60,000 bases of DNA from positions 42,844,001-42,904,000 of the forward strand of contig NC_086097.1 in assembly GCF_963921235.1 (NCBI RefSeq), read 5' to 3'. Below are positions 25,446 to 37,254 of this stretch, one piece after another. Position numbers and translations under genes: made by a program. Below the pieces are notes generated by a model that did not search any database, had not been told where the DNA came from, and saw only the letters and a list, made by a program, of their open reading frames with translations. The stretch is from Mobula hypostoma (lineage: Eukaryota). Position 1 is the stretch's first letter. Every line of letters begins with the position of its first letter.

Positions 25446-26285
25446 TGTGACGAGAATACACATAAAATTAAGATGTTTGCTGGCCTGGGCTAGCATCAGT
25501 GGCATCAGCAGTTGGTCTGCCACCTGCCCTCAGGGGAAGGAGAGATAAGGAACAATGGAGCAGCGTCTGGAGATGTGTAATGAAGGGACGTGAGAGAGAG
25601 AGCTGTCTGGAGCGGCTCCCCCTTTGAACCTTGAACTGTTTGAAGTGATGGACAGGCGATGCCCCAGCAGGGGGATAAAAAGGGACAGGTTCGCTAAGGC
25701 AGGACACACGCCACCCGAGGTAACGAGACCCTGGAAGCAGTGCGCCTCTCACGAGTGGGTGAGAAGTACCAGACAAAGACCAGGGTGGAAAGGTACGATC
25801 AGCGGGAACCCGGTGTGTGTCCGCCCTTGCCTGGGTGCCGGGTTCACTGCAGAGGATCGACTGCATCTGGAGGAGGGGTCACAGTCGGTGACCTCAGGTG
25901 ACATCACCAAGGACCCACCCTAAAATCGCCGGTCTGTGAGTGAAGCTGTGCTGAATGATCAGTTGTTCCTGTTCTCTCTCTCTCTTCCCCCACGTTGTCC
26001 ATCGCCATGGCAACGATTACTGAACTGAACTACTAACTGGACTGAACTTTGAGTCATTTTGAAATTTGGTCATTTACCCCTAGACAACGATAGAGCTTGA
26101 TTGATGCTGTTATCTTAATTCTGTGCACATGTGTGGTTATCATTGTTGAACTGTTGCATTTATTAACCTTTCGATTACTGTTTTGCTTGTTTCTTTAATA
26201 AAACTTTCTTAGTTCTAGTACTCCAGACTCCAACTGAGTGATCCATTTCTGCTGGTTTGGCAACCCAGTTACGGGGTACGTAACA
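25446..26285 (+). repeat. 5' LTR (840 bp)
   Basis: Direct repeat of 30951-31810; TG...CA ends; AATAAA at 26197-26202. Confidence 0.96.
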
Positions 26286-26289
26286 TAAG

Positions 26290-26315
26290 TGGGGTTCTCG
26301 TCCGCGATTTTGAAC
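26290..26315 (+). promoter_or_regulatory. Primer-binding site, tRNA-Pro-like
   Basis: TGGGGTTCTCGTCCGCGATTTTGAAC compared with the tRNA-Pro complement TGGGGGCTCGTCCGGGATTTGAAC; begins 5 nt after the LTR end. Confidence 0.8.
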
Positions 26316-26384
26316 GCTAAATTTGGGACGGAGTAAATTGATTGGGTTAAAATTCCCGAAAGAAAGAAAAGACAAACAGCAGAA

Positions 26385-28373
26385 ATGGAGGTTGAGGAGT
26401 TTATAAAGGCGCCGACCTTGGAGGCATTAGAGGATGCCAGGAAATCGGAATTGATAGCTGTGGCCAAACGGTTGAATCTTGCTAAGGTGAAGTCGACAAT
26501 GAGGAGAGAGGAGATACACAGAGCTATCGTAGAGCACTATGTATCTAAAGGTGTGTTTCCCCAAGGTGAGCTGGGGGTGGTGTCTATGGAAAAACCTGCT
26601 GGAGACGCGGTACAGGTACAGCTTGAAAAACTGAGACTCGAGCACGAGTTCCGGGTACGGCAGTTAGAACACGAAGAGAAGCAGTTAGAAAGGCAAGAGA
26701 GAGAGAAAGAGGTAGAAAGGCGGGAGAAAGAGAAAGAGGTAGAAAGGCAAGAGAGAGAAAGACAGTTGGAGAGAGAAGAGAAAGAGAGGGACAGACAGTT
26801 GGAGAGAGAGGAGAAACAGAGGGAAAGGGAATTTGAGCTGGAGAAGTTAAAGATAAGGGCCGAGCAGGGGCTCGTGCCGAACCAAGGTGGAGGGTTCCGG
26901 GCGACCCAGGAGGTTAGGCTGGTTCCCCCATTTGGCGATACCGACGTGGATCGGTACTTCCTCCACTTCGAAAAAGTGGCTATAAGTCAGGACTGGCCGA
27001 GGGAGAAGTGGGTTGTTTTACTTCAGAGTGTACTGAAAGGGAAGGCCCAAGAAGCTTACTCAGCTTTGTCCGCGGAAGATGCCCAGAGGTATGAGGTGGT
27101 GAAAGAGGCCATCCTCAGGATTTATGAGTTGGTCCCGGAGGCATACCGGCAGAGGTTCCGGAATGCGAGGAAGCGGTGGGACCGCACGTATTTGGAGTTT
27201 GCTCGTGAGATGCAAACATATTGTGAGCGTTGGTGCGCCTCGAAAGGGGTAGAGGGGGATTATGACAGACTGCTACAACTGATCCTGATTGAGCAGTTTA
27301 AAGGTTGTGTCCCTGAGGGTATGAGACCCTACCTCGATGAGAAAGAGGCAGCCACGTTAGCCGCAACTGCTAAGTTAGCGGATGAGTATGCGTTGACACA
27401 TAAAATGAAGTTTGCCCCGAGTAAAGGCTACCAGAAGGGTAGTCAGGACGGAGGGGAGAGTCCGCCGGAAAAGTCAGAAAGTAAGCCGGGGACTAGTGAA
27501 AAGGGTAAGGTAGACCGGGAGCAGTCTGGTAGGAAGTCTCCTGGGGTCGTCTGTTATAATTGTGGGAAAGCCGGACACTTTGCGTCCAGGTGCTTTGCCC
27601 CAAGGAAGGAGACGGGGAAAGGAAAAGCGGAAATTTGGAATGGCTGTATCAAGCTGTTAAGCGAACCGCTAGGGAAGGACAGGTCTGAAAAAGTCCAGGA
27701 AGGGCGCGAGAGGTTTATCTCGGACGGACTGGTGTCAGTGAAGGAGAGGTTAAAACCAGTTCCAGTGCGGATCTGGAGAGACACGGGAGCGTGTCAGCCA
27801 CTAATACTGAAGAGTGTATTAGAGTTTAGCTCAGAGACCCAGACTGGGGAGGTAGAGGTCAAAGGTGTTGGGGAAGGGACAGAGTCAGTCCCTTTGCACC
27901 AGATACACTTACAGAGCAACCTGGTCTCTGGACTAGTCACGATCGGGGTGAGGTCCGAATTACCGATGAAAGACGTGGAAGTCTTGCTCGGTAATGACAT
28001 CGCCGGAGGAATCGTGTTCCCAGTCGTGAGATTGATAGGTCAGCCTGCCAACAGTGAGGCCCCGCCCATGGACTCACAGGTTCATCGCGGGCCCGCGATG
28101 GTGAATTTGGCTGAAATATTTCTGCCAACCTTGTATGAGACAGGGTGTAGTGAGATAAGAGGTAGTGAGGGAGCTGGGACGGACGTAGCAGTAGCCAGGA
28201 AAGAATTTGTGCAGACGCAGGAGCGAGACGAGGGGCTGATGGTTTTGGCAGAGACCGCTCTCTCTGACACAGCTTTAACAAGGGAACTAGTAGGCTATTG
28301 TGCGGGTGAGGAAGACAGTCGACAGAATTATGAAAGACTTTTACTGGCCAAACATGAGGAAAGATATTGTTGA
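26385..28373 (+). CDS. gag: Gag-protease ORF: coiled coil, capsid with SCAN-like domain, CCHC knuckle, aspartic protease; the last ~25 aa are out of frame
   Basis: 662-aa ORF; FLHFEKVA..WPREKW..LKGKAQEAY; PEAYRQRFR..LILIEQF; CYNCGKAGHFASRC; IWRDTGA. Confidence 0.9.
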   Translation: MEVEEFIKAPTLEALEDARKSELIAVAKRLNLAKVKSTMRREEIHRAIVEHYVSKGVFPQGELGVVSMEKPAGDAVQVQLEKLRLEHEFRVRQLEHEEKQLERQEREKEVERREKEKEVERQERERQLEREEKERDRQLEREEKQREREFELEKLKIRAEQGLVPNQGGGFRATQEVRLVPPFGDTDVDRYFLHFEKVAISQDWPREKWVVLLQSVLKGKAQEAYSALSAEDAQRYEVVKEAILRIYELVPEAYRQRFRNARKRWDRTYLEFAREMQTYCERWCASKGVEGDYDRLLQLILIEQFKGCVPEGMRPYLDEKEAATLAATAKLADEYALTHKMKFAPSKGYQKGSQDGGESPPEKSESKPGTSEKGKVDREQSGRKSPGVVCYNCGKAGHFASRCFAPRKETGKGKAEIWNGCIKLLSEPLGKDRSEKVQEGRERFISDGLVSVKERLKPVPVRIWRDTGACQPLILKSVLEFSSETQTGEVEVKGVGEGTESVPLHQIHLQSNLVSGLVTIGVRSELPMKDVEVLLGNDIAGGIVFPVVRLIGQPANSEAPPMDSQVHRGPAMVNLAEIFLPTLYETGCSEIRGSEGAGTDVAVARKEFVQTQERDEGLMVLAETALSDTALTRELVGYCAGEEDSRQNYERLLLAKHEERYC

Positions 28374-30826
28374 ATACTGTAGGCGATGTCATTTGTGTCA
28401 GGTAGTAGGGAAGCCAAATCCGGTCCTGACTAAAGCGCCCCTTCGACCGATACCCGCTTTCGGGGAACCTTTTTCCCGAGTCATCGTGGATTTTGTCGGT
28501 CCCCTGCCCAGAACCGCGAGTGGGCGGGAGTATGTGATGACCATGATGTGCGCCGCCACCAGGTTTCCGGAGGCTGTGCCCCTGACAAGCGTGAAGGCGC
28601 CCGCCGTGGTAAAGGCGCTTGTGAAATTTTTCACTACGGTAGGGCTGCCCAGGGAAATCCAGTCGGATCAGGGGAGCGTCTTCACATCTCACACCTTCCG
28701 ACGGATGTTGGATGAGATGGGAGCAAAACAGATTTTAGCCTCTGCGTACCACCCTGAGTCACAAGGGGCGTTGGAATGATTCCACGCCACCTTAAAGACA
28801 ATGATTAAAATTTATTGTCAAGAAAACGCTAGGAGCTGGGATGATGCTTTGCCCCTCCTCTTATTTGCCGTGAGGGACACGGTCCAAGAGTCATTGGGGT
28901 TCAGCCCATTCGAGCTCGTCTTCGGTCATCGGCCCAGAGGACCCTTGACCTTACTAAAAGGGCAATGGTCCAGTCCGGCAGTTCAAGTTAATGTGATTGA
29001 TTATGTTTTAAAATTTCGTGAGAGGCTGGAAAGGATCTGTGACCTTGCCAAAGAAAATCTGCGTCACTCCCAGACTAAAATGAAAAAATGGTATGATAGG
29101 CGTGCCCGCGAAAAAGAGTTCCAAGTGGGCGATCGGGTCTTAGTTCTGTTCCCAGTGGTAGCCAACCCCCTTCAGGCGAGATTCCACGGTCCGTACAAGG
29201 TAACTAAGAAGATAGACCCTTTGAACTATGTTATCGAAACACCGGACAGGCGTAAACCCACACAGTTGGTACACATTAACATGTTAAAAGCCTACCACGA
29301 TCAGACAGAAAACCCGGTTGGTGTTATCACGGAAATTACTGAGACTGGAGAGTCGAATGAGACGGGAAAAACCCATCTTGAAAAGGTGAATATGGTGCCG
29401 ACCCGATTGGAGAACTCTATTGTTCTGGCTAATCTTGCTGACAAAGTCTCTCACCTAACCCCCGAACAAAGCGGGCCATTGATAAAGTTAATTAAACGGC
29501 ACACAGATGTATGTCCCGATGTCCCGAGGCGATGAAAAGGGACGGTGCATGATGTTGTGGTCACCTCAGATCAGCCTATTAAACAGCACCCCTATAGGAT
29601 GAACTTGGAGAAGGGCAAACTAGTGGAGAAAGAGATTGAGTACATGCTAGCCACAGATATTATTAGGCCATCCCAGTCGGAATGGGCGTCTCCCTGCGTG
29701 GTTGTCCCGAAAGCCGATGGGGGCATCCGATTCTGTACAGATTACAGAAAAGTGAACGCCATCACAAAAACTGATGCTTACCCCATCCCAAGGGTAGACG
29801 ATTGCATCGATAAAGTGGGGAGAGCTACGTACATCACCAAGGTCGACTCGCTGAAAGGATACTGGTGTGTCCCTTTAACCGACCGGGCGAGAGAAATCTC
29901 GGCATTTGTCACCCCCTCCGGTTTGTACGAGTATAATGTTCTACCTTTTGGCATGAAAAACGCCCCAGGGACCTTCCAGAGAATGATTAATTCAGTAATA
30001 AAGGGACTCAGGAACACAGAAGCATATATTGATGATTTAGTGGTCTGGAGTGACACGTGGGAGGAGCACATTGTGGCGGTGGGGGAGCTATTTAAACAGC
30101 TGTCTGAAGCCAGACTGACAGTGAACCTCGCAAAAAGTGAGTTCGGCCACGCGAAGGTCACTTATCTGGGATTTGTGGTGGGACAGGGGCAGCTGGCTCC
30201 GATGCAGGCTAAGGTGCGGGCTATCTCGGAGGTCCCCACCCCGACAGACAAGAGAGCCCTGAGAAGGTTCTTGGGGATGGTGGGGTACTACAGGAAGTTT
30301 TGCAAAAACTTTGCGGATATTACTCTCCCTCACTAAGCTTTTGCCAAATAATGCGAAGTTCGTGTGGGACGACCTTTGTCAACAAGCCTTCGAGAGTCTG
30401 AAGGCGATTCTATGTCACCATCCTGTGCTGAATGCGCCTGACTTTTCAAAACCCTTCTCTCTAGCAACAGATGCTAGCGACGAAGCTGCCGGGGCGGTGC
30501 TGTTGCAGACAGACAAAGAGGGGGTTGAGCACCCAGTCGCTTACTTTTCTAAGAAATTTAATACCCATCAGAGGAACTATTCCACTGTGGAAAAGGAGCT
30601 ACTGGCCATCATATTAGCATTGCAACATTTTGAAGTTTATATTTGCCCGGCACGAAAACCACTGGTAATTTACACTGACCACAACCCATTAGTGTTTTTG
30701 GCCACTATGAAAGATAAAAACAGAAGATTGCTAAGTTGGAGTCTGATGCTACAGGAATTTGATATAAAAATTAGACATATAAAAGGCACGGAAAATGTGA
30801 TCGCTGACTGTCTGTCAAGGTGTTGA
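28300..30826 (+). pseudogene. pol: Disrupted pol: integrase (28300-29300), reverse transcriptase (29545-30330), RNase H (30330-30826)
   Basis: FYWPNM..CRRCHLCQ, VDFVGPLP, SDQGSVF, YHPESQGALE, GPY; RFCTDYRKVN, LPFGMKNAPGTFQR, YIDD; TDAS, YTDHNPL, NVIADCLSR. In-frame TGA at 28777-28779 and 29533-29535; frameshift near 30330. Confidence 0.93.
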
Positions 30827-30936
30827 CAATTTCAAAATTCTTTGTATTAGCCAAATACCTGATAAAGATGTATATTTGTGTATGTATCAAATAATGTATT
30901 CATGTTTGTAATTTTTACCTCCCGGTAAAAATCCTT

Positions 30937-30950
30937 AAAAAGGGGGGAAG
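30937..30950 (+). promoter_or_regulatory. Polypurine tract
   Basis: AAAAAGGGGGGAAG directly abutting the 3' LTR. Confidence 0.9.
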
Positions 30951-31810
30951 TGTGACGAGAATACACATAAAATTAAGATGTTTGCTGGCCTGGGTTAGCA
31001 TCAGTGGCATCAGCAGTTGGTCTGCCACCTGCCCTCAGGGGAAGGAGAGATAAGGAACAATGGAGCAGCGTCTGGAGATGTGTAATGAAGGGACGTGAGA
31101 GAGAGAGCTGTCTGGAGCGGCTCCCCCCTTTGAATCCTGAACTGTTTGAAGTGATGGACAGGCGATGCCCCAGCAGGGGGATAAAAAGGGACAGGTTCGC
31201 TAAGGCAGGACACACGCCACCCGAGGTAACGAGACCCTGGAAGCGGTGCGCCTCTCACGAGTGGGTGAGAAGTACCAGACAACGACCAGGGTGGAAAGGT
31301 ACGATCAGCGGGAACCCGGTGTGTGTCCGCCCTTGCCTGGGTGCCGGGTTCACTGCAGAGGATCGACCGCATCTGGAGGAGGGGTCACAGTCGGTGACCT
31401 CAGGTGACATCACCAAGGACCCGCCCAAAAGCTGCTTGTGAGCCATCTTGCCGGTCTGTGAGTGAAGCAGTGTTCTGAATGATCAGTTGTTCCTGTTCTC
31501 TCTCTCTCTTCCCCCACGTTGTCCATCGCCATGGCAACGATTACTGAACTGAACTACTAAACTGGACTGAACTTTGAGTCATTTTGAAATTTGGTCATTT
31601 ACCCCTAGACAACGATAGAGCTTGATTGATGCTGTTATCTTAATTCTGTGCACATGTGTGGTTATCATTGTTGAACTGTTGCATTTATTAACCTTTCGAT
31701 TACTGTTTTGCTTGTTTCTTTAATAAAACTTTCTTAGTTCTAGTACTCCAGACTCCAACTGAGTGATCCATTTCTGCTGGTTTGGCAACCCAGTTACGGG
31801 GTACGTAACA
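30951..31810 (+). repeat. 3' LTR (860 bp)
   Basis: Direct repeat of the 5' LTR, with a segment near 31425-31450 that is shortened in the 5' copy. Confidence 0.96.
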
Positions 31811-34800
31811 CAGTAAATACACTTGATGCTGATATAAGCCTAGATGAGATCAAGAAGGTCATCTCTTCCCTCCCCAATAATAAGGCAGCGGGTCCTGATG
31901 GTTTTTGCATGGAATTGTTCAAAGTATTTGGTTCAAAATTGTTACCTCTGCTCTTACGAATGTTTAATCACGCTAGGACAGCTTCCAGATTGCCACCCAC
32001 TTTACGTAATGCCAATGTTTCTCTGATTCCAAAACCAGGCCACGATCCCGAGGTGGTTTCATCATATCACCCCATTTCGCTGCTGCCCATTGAAACCAAA
32101 ATTCTTGGGAAAGTCCTGGCCAATAGGTTAAAAAAATGCATTTGTTCTTTTATTCATCCAGATCAAACTGGCTTTATGCCAGGTTGACATATATATTTTA
32201 AATTGCATCGTCTTTTCAATATTTTATATACAAAACATGCAGAAGAGGCTGTAGTCATTTCATTAGATGGGCAATGTGTGTTTGACCAAGTGGAATGGCC
32301 ATATATGATGTTTTCACTTAAGAAATTTGGATTTGGACCATCTTTCATTAAGTGGATTGAGATAATTTATTCACACCCATCTGCTTCTATATCACTAATC
32401 AGAATATTTCCTCCCCTTTTGCAATTCATCGTGGGACTCGTCAAGGCTGCCCCCTTCTCCATTTTTGTTTGCAATTATCATTGAGCCACTGGCTGTCAGC
32501 ATCAGACAGGACCCTTTGATATCTCCCATTGATATGCATGGGCATAAACATCACCTTTTGTTATACGCTGACGATGTCCTTTTATATATTTCCAGCCCAC
32601 AAACATCAATACCTGCCCTTCTGACTCTAATTAATAATTTTGGTAGTTTCTCAGGTCTCTCTGTTAATTGGGATAAAAGTGAACCAATGCCACTCACTGC
32701 ACTGGTTAATACAGCATATTTACAGTCCATTCCCTTTAAAATAACTTATGATAATTTTTCCTATCTTGGTGTGACTATTACAAAAAACCCAGATGACCTT
32801 TTGCAAGTGAGTTGGTGAAACAAAGTTGAGCGGGTTAAACGCAATATTGACTTTTGGAAAACCCTTCCAATTTCTTTGGTGGGAGGGTTAACGCAATCAA
32901 GATGATTGTACTGCCACGATTTCTTCATCTTTTCCAGTCAATTCCATGCTTTATTCCTCCGTCATATTTTAAGCAATTGGATTCAATTATTATACCTTTC
33001 ATTTGGAATTATAAAGCCATTAGAATTACTAAAAAAACACTTGTCAAAGCCCAAGGAAGCAGGTGGTTTTGCCCTACCGGACGTTAAAATGTATTACTGG
33101 GCTGTCCACCTACCCATTATTGCATGGTGGAAAAAAGGCCCAACCTCTACCTCAGACTCGAGCCCAGCATGGTTACTCATAGAGCGAGTGCTTTGTAAGA
33201 AGACTTCCTTACCAGCTCTCCTTAATAGCCCCACTGCAGTTAATAAGTCACATTTTAGTAACAGCTTCGTGGTTGGCAGCACTATAAGAATTTGGAAGCA
33301 GATTCAACTACACATTAAGGCCCCAAAAACTTATATTGACATTCCGATTTGTGACAATCATTCCTTTTTGCCTGGCCTGAATGATACTGTTTTTCCTACC
33401 TGGAAACTGAGAGGCATCTGCAGTGTAGGTGACCTATATATTAAAGGAAACTTTGCCTCATTTGCGCAGTGACAAGCAGTTTACAACATCCCTGCATCTA
33501 GTTTTTTAGATATTTACAAATTCGAGATTATGTTAGGAAATATATACCTAACTTCGAAATTTTAGACAAACATGAGTCCCTGGAGGCAATAAATAAATTT
33601 GATCCTGTTACTCGTAGTGCGGTATCCTATTTTTATCAGATCCTACGTAATGGAGCTCTGGTGAATACTGCAGGTTTTAAACAGGCATGGGTGGATGAAT
33701 TGGGTTTAGAACTGCTAGAGGAGGTCTGGGATGAGTGTTTAAAGAGTATACATGATTGTTCGGTCAATGTCAGACACAGACTTATGCAGTTTAAAACAAT
33801 ACATAGACATAAATATTCCAAAGAAAAGTTGCACAGTTTCTACCCTGATGTTTCATCAGTTCGTAATAGATATAAATCTGTGAACAGTAATTTGTTACAT
33901 TCATTCTGGTCATATTGTAAGCTTTATGCATACTGGAAAAGTATTTTTCACTGTTTCTCTGAGACTTTTGGGAAGCGGTGGGAACCAGACCCGCTCATAG
34001 CCATCCTTGGAGCATCAAGCTTCCTATCTTCAGCCAATATGTATGAAAAAATGGCTGTATTGTTTGGAATGGTGATTGCTAAGAAGTTAATCCTGCAAAT
34101 GTGGAAAATGGACTCTGTGCCTACGTACGATCTGTGGCTGAGAGAACTGGCAAATACTTTACATTTGGAGAGACTATGTGATGAGGACAGAGGGGACATC
34201 TTTGAAAAGATATGGGGCCCTGTATTGGACTTTCTCACGGGGTGAGGACTGAGGTTTTTTGGTGCGGTGCATTTCTGCTGTGTGTGTTTACTTTTGCCTT
34301 TATATTTTTCTCACTTTTGCTGCTCAATATTTAATTAGATTTTGTTAAGGTCGTAGTTTTTGTAGATGTGCTGCTCTTTTTGGGTTTTTTTGTTTGTAAT
34401 TAAAAATAAAAAGTATTTTAAAAAAAGGAATAATAATTTATGGTCAATGGTGTCAAATGCTTTTTTTAGATCAAGGAATATTCCCACTGTGTATTTATTT
34501 ATTTCTATAGCGTTTGATATTTCTTCTACAAAATCTACTAATGCTATCGTTGTGGTTCTGTTTTTTCTGAAACAATATTGCTGTTCACAGAGTATATTAT
34601 GTTTTGTTATGAAATCATTTAGCCTTCTTACAAGTATTTTTTCCAATATTTTGGAAAACTGTGGGAGCAAAGAAACTGGTCTATAATTTGAAAATACATG
34701 TTTATCTCCAGCTTTGTATATTGGAATGACCTTGGCTATTTTCATTTTATTGGGAAATCTTCCAGCAATGAAAGACTATTACAAACATGAGTCAGTGGTT

Positions 34801-34940
34801 TCACAACACAGTCAATGATGTTTTTAATTAAATACATATCATATCCATTCCAATCTGTTGATTTCTCACTCTTTGATTTATATACTATATCAATTATTTC
34901 TTTTCCCTAATAAACTCTAATAAACATAGTGTAAGTGTTT

Positions 34941-36774
34941 TGTCGTTGTCATGGCTATCCCTCGAGGTCGAGGATGATGGTCTTCGTTCTGTTGATCTAC
35001 TCAAGTGGCTTATGAGTCCAATCTTGGCTTTGAAAGTTCTTCCGCATTCAGGACAGGTAGTTCCAGATGGCAGATCGCGCTTTGGTTGTTGCTGCCTCTC
35101 TTTCCATTTTCTTCTCTTTTCTTCTAATTCTTCGAAAGTTGCTGTTCCTTCTCGGATGACGGCTTGCCAGAGTTTCCTGTCCTTGGCATTGGTTTCCCAA
35201 TTGTTGATGTCGATGTTACATTTCTTCATGTTGGCTCTTAAGATGTCTTTGAATTCTTCTGTTGTCCGTCTCTCTTACGTTTGCTTTCTTTAAGCTGGGA
35301 GTAGAAGATTTGTTTTGGCAGATGTTTGTTTTTCATCCGAACAAGTTGACTGCTCCATCTTAGTTGGTTCTTGATGACGTAGGCTTCAATGTTTGTTGTT
35401 TTTGCTTCAATTAGTACGCTGACGTTGGTTCTTCTATCTTCCCAGCTGATATTTAAGATGTTTCGAAGACAGCGTTGGTGGAACTTTTCAAGTGCCTTCA
35501 GATGTCGTCGGTATGTTGTCCAGGTTTCTGATGCATACAGGAGCGTTGGGATTACCACCACTTTGTACACTAACATTTTGGTGTCTGTTCGGATGTCACG
35601 ATCATGAAAGATTCTTGTTCGGAGACGTCCAAAAGCTGTTCCAGCTCATTTAAGACGACGTTGGATCTCGTCATTAAGGTCGACATTGAAGGAGAGGTGA
35701 CTTCCAAGATATGGAAAGTGGTCCACGTTTTTCAGGGTTGTTTCGCCAAGTTGAATTGATGGTTCTATCCGATTTGTCTCAGTTGGTGATGGTTGATAGA
35801 TGATCTAAGTCTTCTTGGAATTGATGGTATGCACGGTTGAAGGCAGTCAGAATCTGTTGTAGGTGATTTTATGAAAGAGCTGCAACACTGTTGTCATCTG
35901 TGTATTGGAACTCGATGAGGGAACTCATGGATGTCTTCGTTTTGGACTTGAGACGGGCAAGATTGAAAAGACTGCCATCTGTTCTGTAGACAATTTCGAT
36001 TCCTAGGGGTAGGTCGTCCTTGATAATGTGGATGATTGTCACAATGAAAATGGTGAACAAAGTTGGGGCAATCACGCATCCCTGTTTTACTCCTGATCTA
36101 ACTTGAAAAGGCTCACAGTTACTGTTGCTGACCATGACTGTGGCAAGCATGCCATCGTAGAGGAGACTCAGGATTTGAATGTACTTTTCAGGACATCTAT
36201 AGGTGGATAGGACATCCCATAGGAGTTCCCTAGATACTGAGTCAAAGGCTTTGGTGAGGTCAATGAATGCCATGTACAAAGGTTGAAGTTGTTCACGACA
36301 CTTTTCTTGTAGTTGTCACATTTTGAAGATCATGTCAATTGCTCCATATGATGGTCTAAAACCGGCTTGAGTCTCCGGAAGGATCTTCTCAGCTAAAGGC
36401 TTGAGCTGGTTGTTTATGATGTGGGTGAGGATCTTTCCTGCTGTTGCTAACAGGGAAATTCCACGATAGTTTCTGCATTCAGATTGATCCCTTTTCTTTT
36501 TGTAGATGGTAATGATTGCTGAGTCTCTCAAGTCTGCTGGTACGTCTTCATTTATCCAGATCTTGATAAGAAGTTGATGCAGTTGATAATGAAGCGAGTT
36601 ACCTCCAATTTTGTAGACCTCAACTGGTATTCCATCAAGTCCAGCAGCCTTGTTGTTTTTCAAGGTTTTGATGGCTTCCTTGACTTCTTCAAGTATTGGT
36701 ATTTTGCTTAGGGAGTCGTCAACGGGCTGTTTTGGAATGTTGTTAATCACATTCCTGTCAAATGAGACAGAATT
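34941..36774 (-). mobile_element. RTE-clade (BovB-like) LINE, 5'-truncated and decayed
   Basis: KAAGLDGIP, NYRGISLLATAGKIL, AFIDLTKAFDSV, GVKQGCVIAPTLF, QYTDD, LLYASETWTTY..FHQRCLR and CPECGRTFKAKIGLISHL peptides; 11-bp TSD TGTAAGTGTTT (34930-34940 / 36775-36785). Confidence 0.93.
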
Positions 36775-37189
36775 TGTAAGTGTTTATATTGATAATATTA
36801 CTATTTACTCCATCTTTATTGCTGGGTTCAGTAATTGATTTAGCTAATTTAGTTCCCACATTAACAAAGAAATTGTTAAACCTATCTGCAGCCAAATTAG
36901 TATCCTTTATTACTATATCATTGTTTGAATTCAGGTAATATGGGTAAATTGTTTTTCTTTTATCCTTTTTAATAATTTCATTTGAAACTCTCCAAGTATT
37001 TTAATATTATTTCTATTATTCTCCAATAATTTACTATAACTCCTTTTATTAGGTCTGATAATACCTGTTAACTTATTTTTATATATCTTGTATTTAATTT
37101 CAGCTTCCTTTGTTCCATGTTTTAAAAATTTCTTATATAATACATTTTTCTTTTTACAAGTATTTTGTATTCCCTTTGATAACCAAGGT

Positions 37190-37254
37190 GCATTCACCAG
37201 CAACTTTGATGTGTGTTGCTTGAATTTCCAGCATCTGCAGAATTCCTCATGTTT
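37190..37254 (+). mobile_element. About 65-bp PLE pLTR terminus inserted in the Crack-type LINE
   Basis: TTCACCAGCAACTTTGATGTGTGTTGCTTGAATTTCCAGCATCTGCAGAATTCC matches 51112-51165. Confidence 0.8.

Larger units (their letters stand above)
25446..31810 (+). mobile_element. Gmr1-like Ty3/Gypsy LTR retrotransposon with both LTRs
   Basis: TGTGACG...CGTAACA termini, 4-bp TSD CAGT (25442-25445 / 31811-31814), PBS, PPT and domain order gag-PR-INT-RT-RH. Confidence 0.96.
25024..34428 (+). mobile_element. L1-clade LINE, 5'-truncated decayed ORF2 (25024-25445 and 31811-34428)
   Basis: YFDLGEKPHKLLARQLRK, KAAGPDGF, IHPDQTGFMPG, LLLYADDVLLY, GGFALPDVKMYYWA and FEKIWGP peptides; A-rich tail; 18-bp TSD AATAATAATTTATGGTCA (25006-25023 / 34429-34446). 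Confidence 0.92.

Noticed and set aside
27937..28692. 251-aa antisense ORF in the Gypsy element, and the ORFs within the LTRs
   Set aside because: These are shadow frames of GC-rich sequence with no recognisable motifs, and the LTR ORFs are not preserved identically between the two LTRs.
25446..31810. Endogenous retrovirus or Copia element
   Set aside because: There is no env ORF between RNase H and the PPT, and the RT/RH motifs are Gypsy-type. INT-before-RT is explained by the Gmr1 clade.
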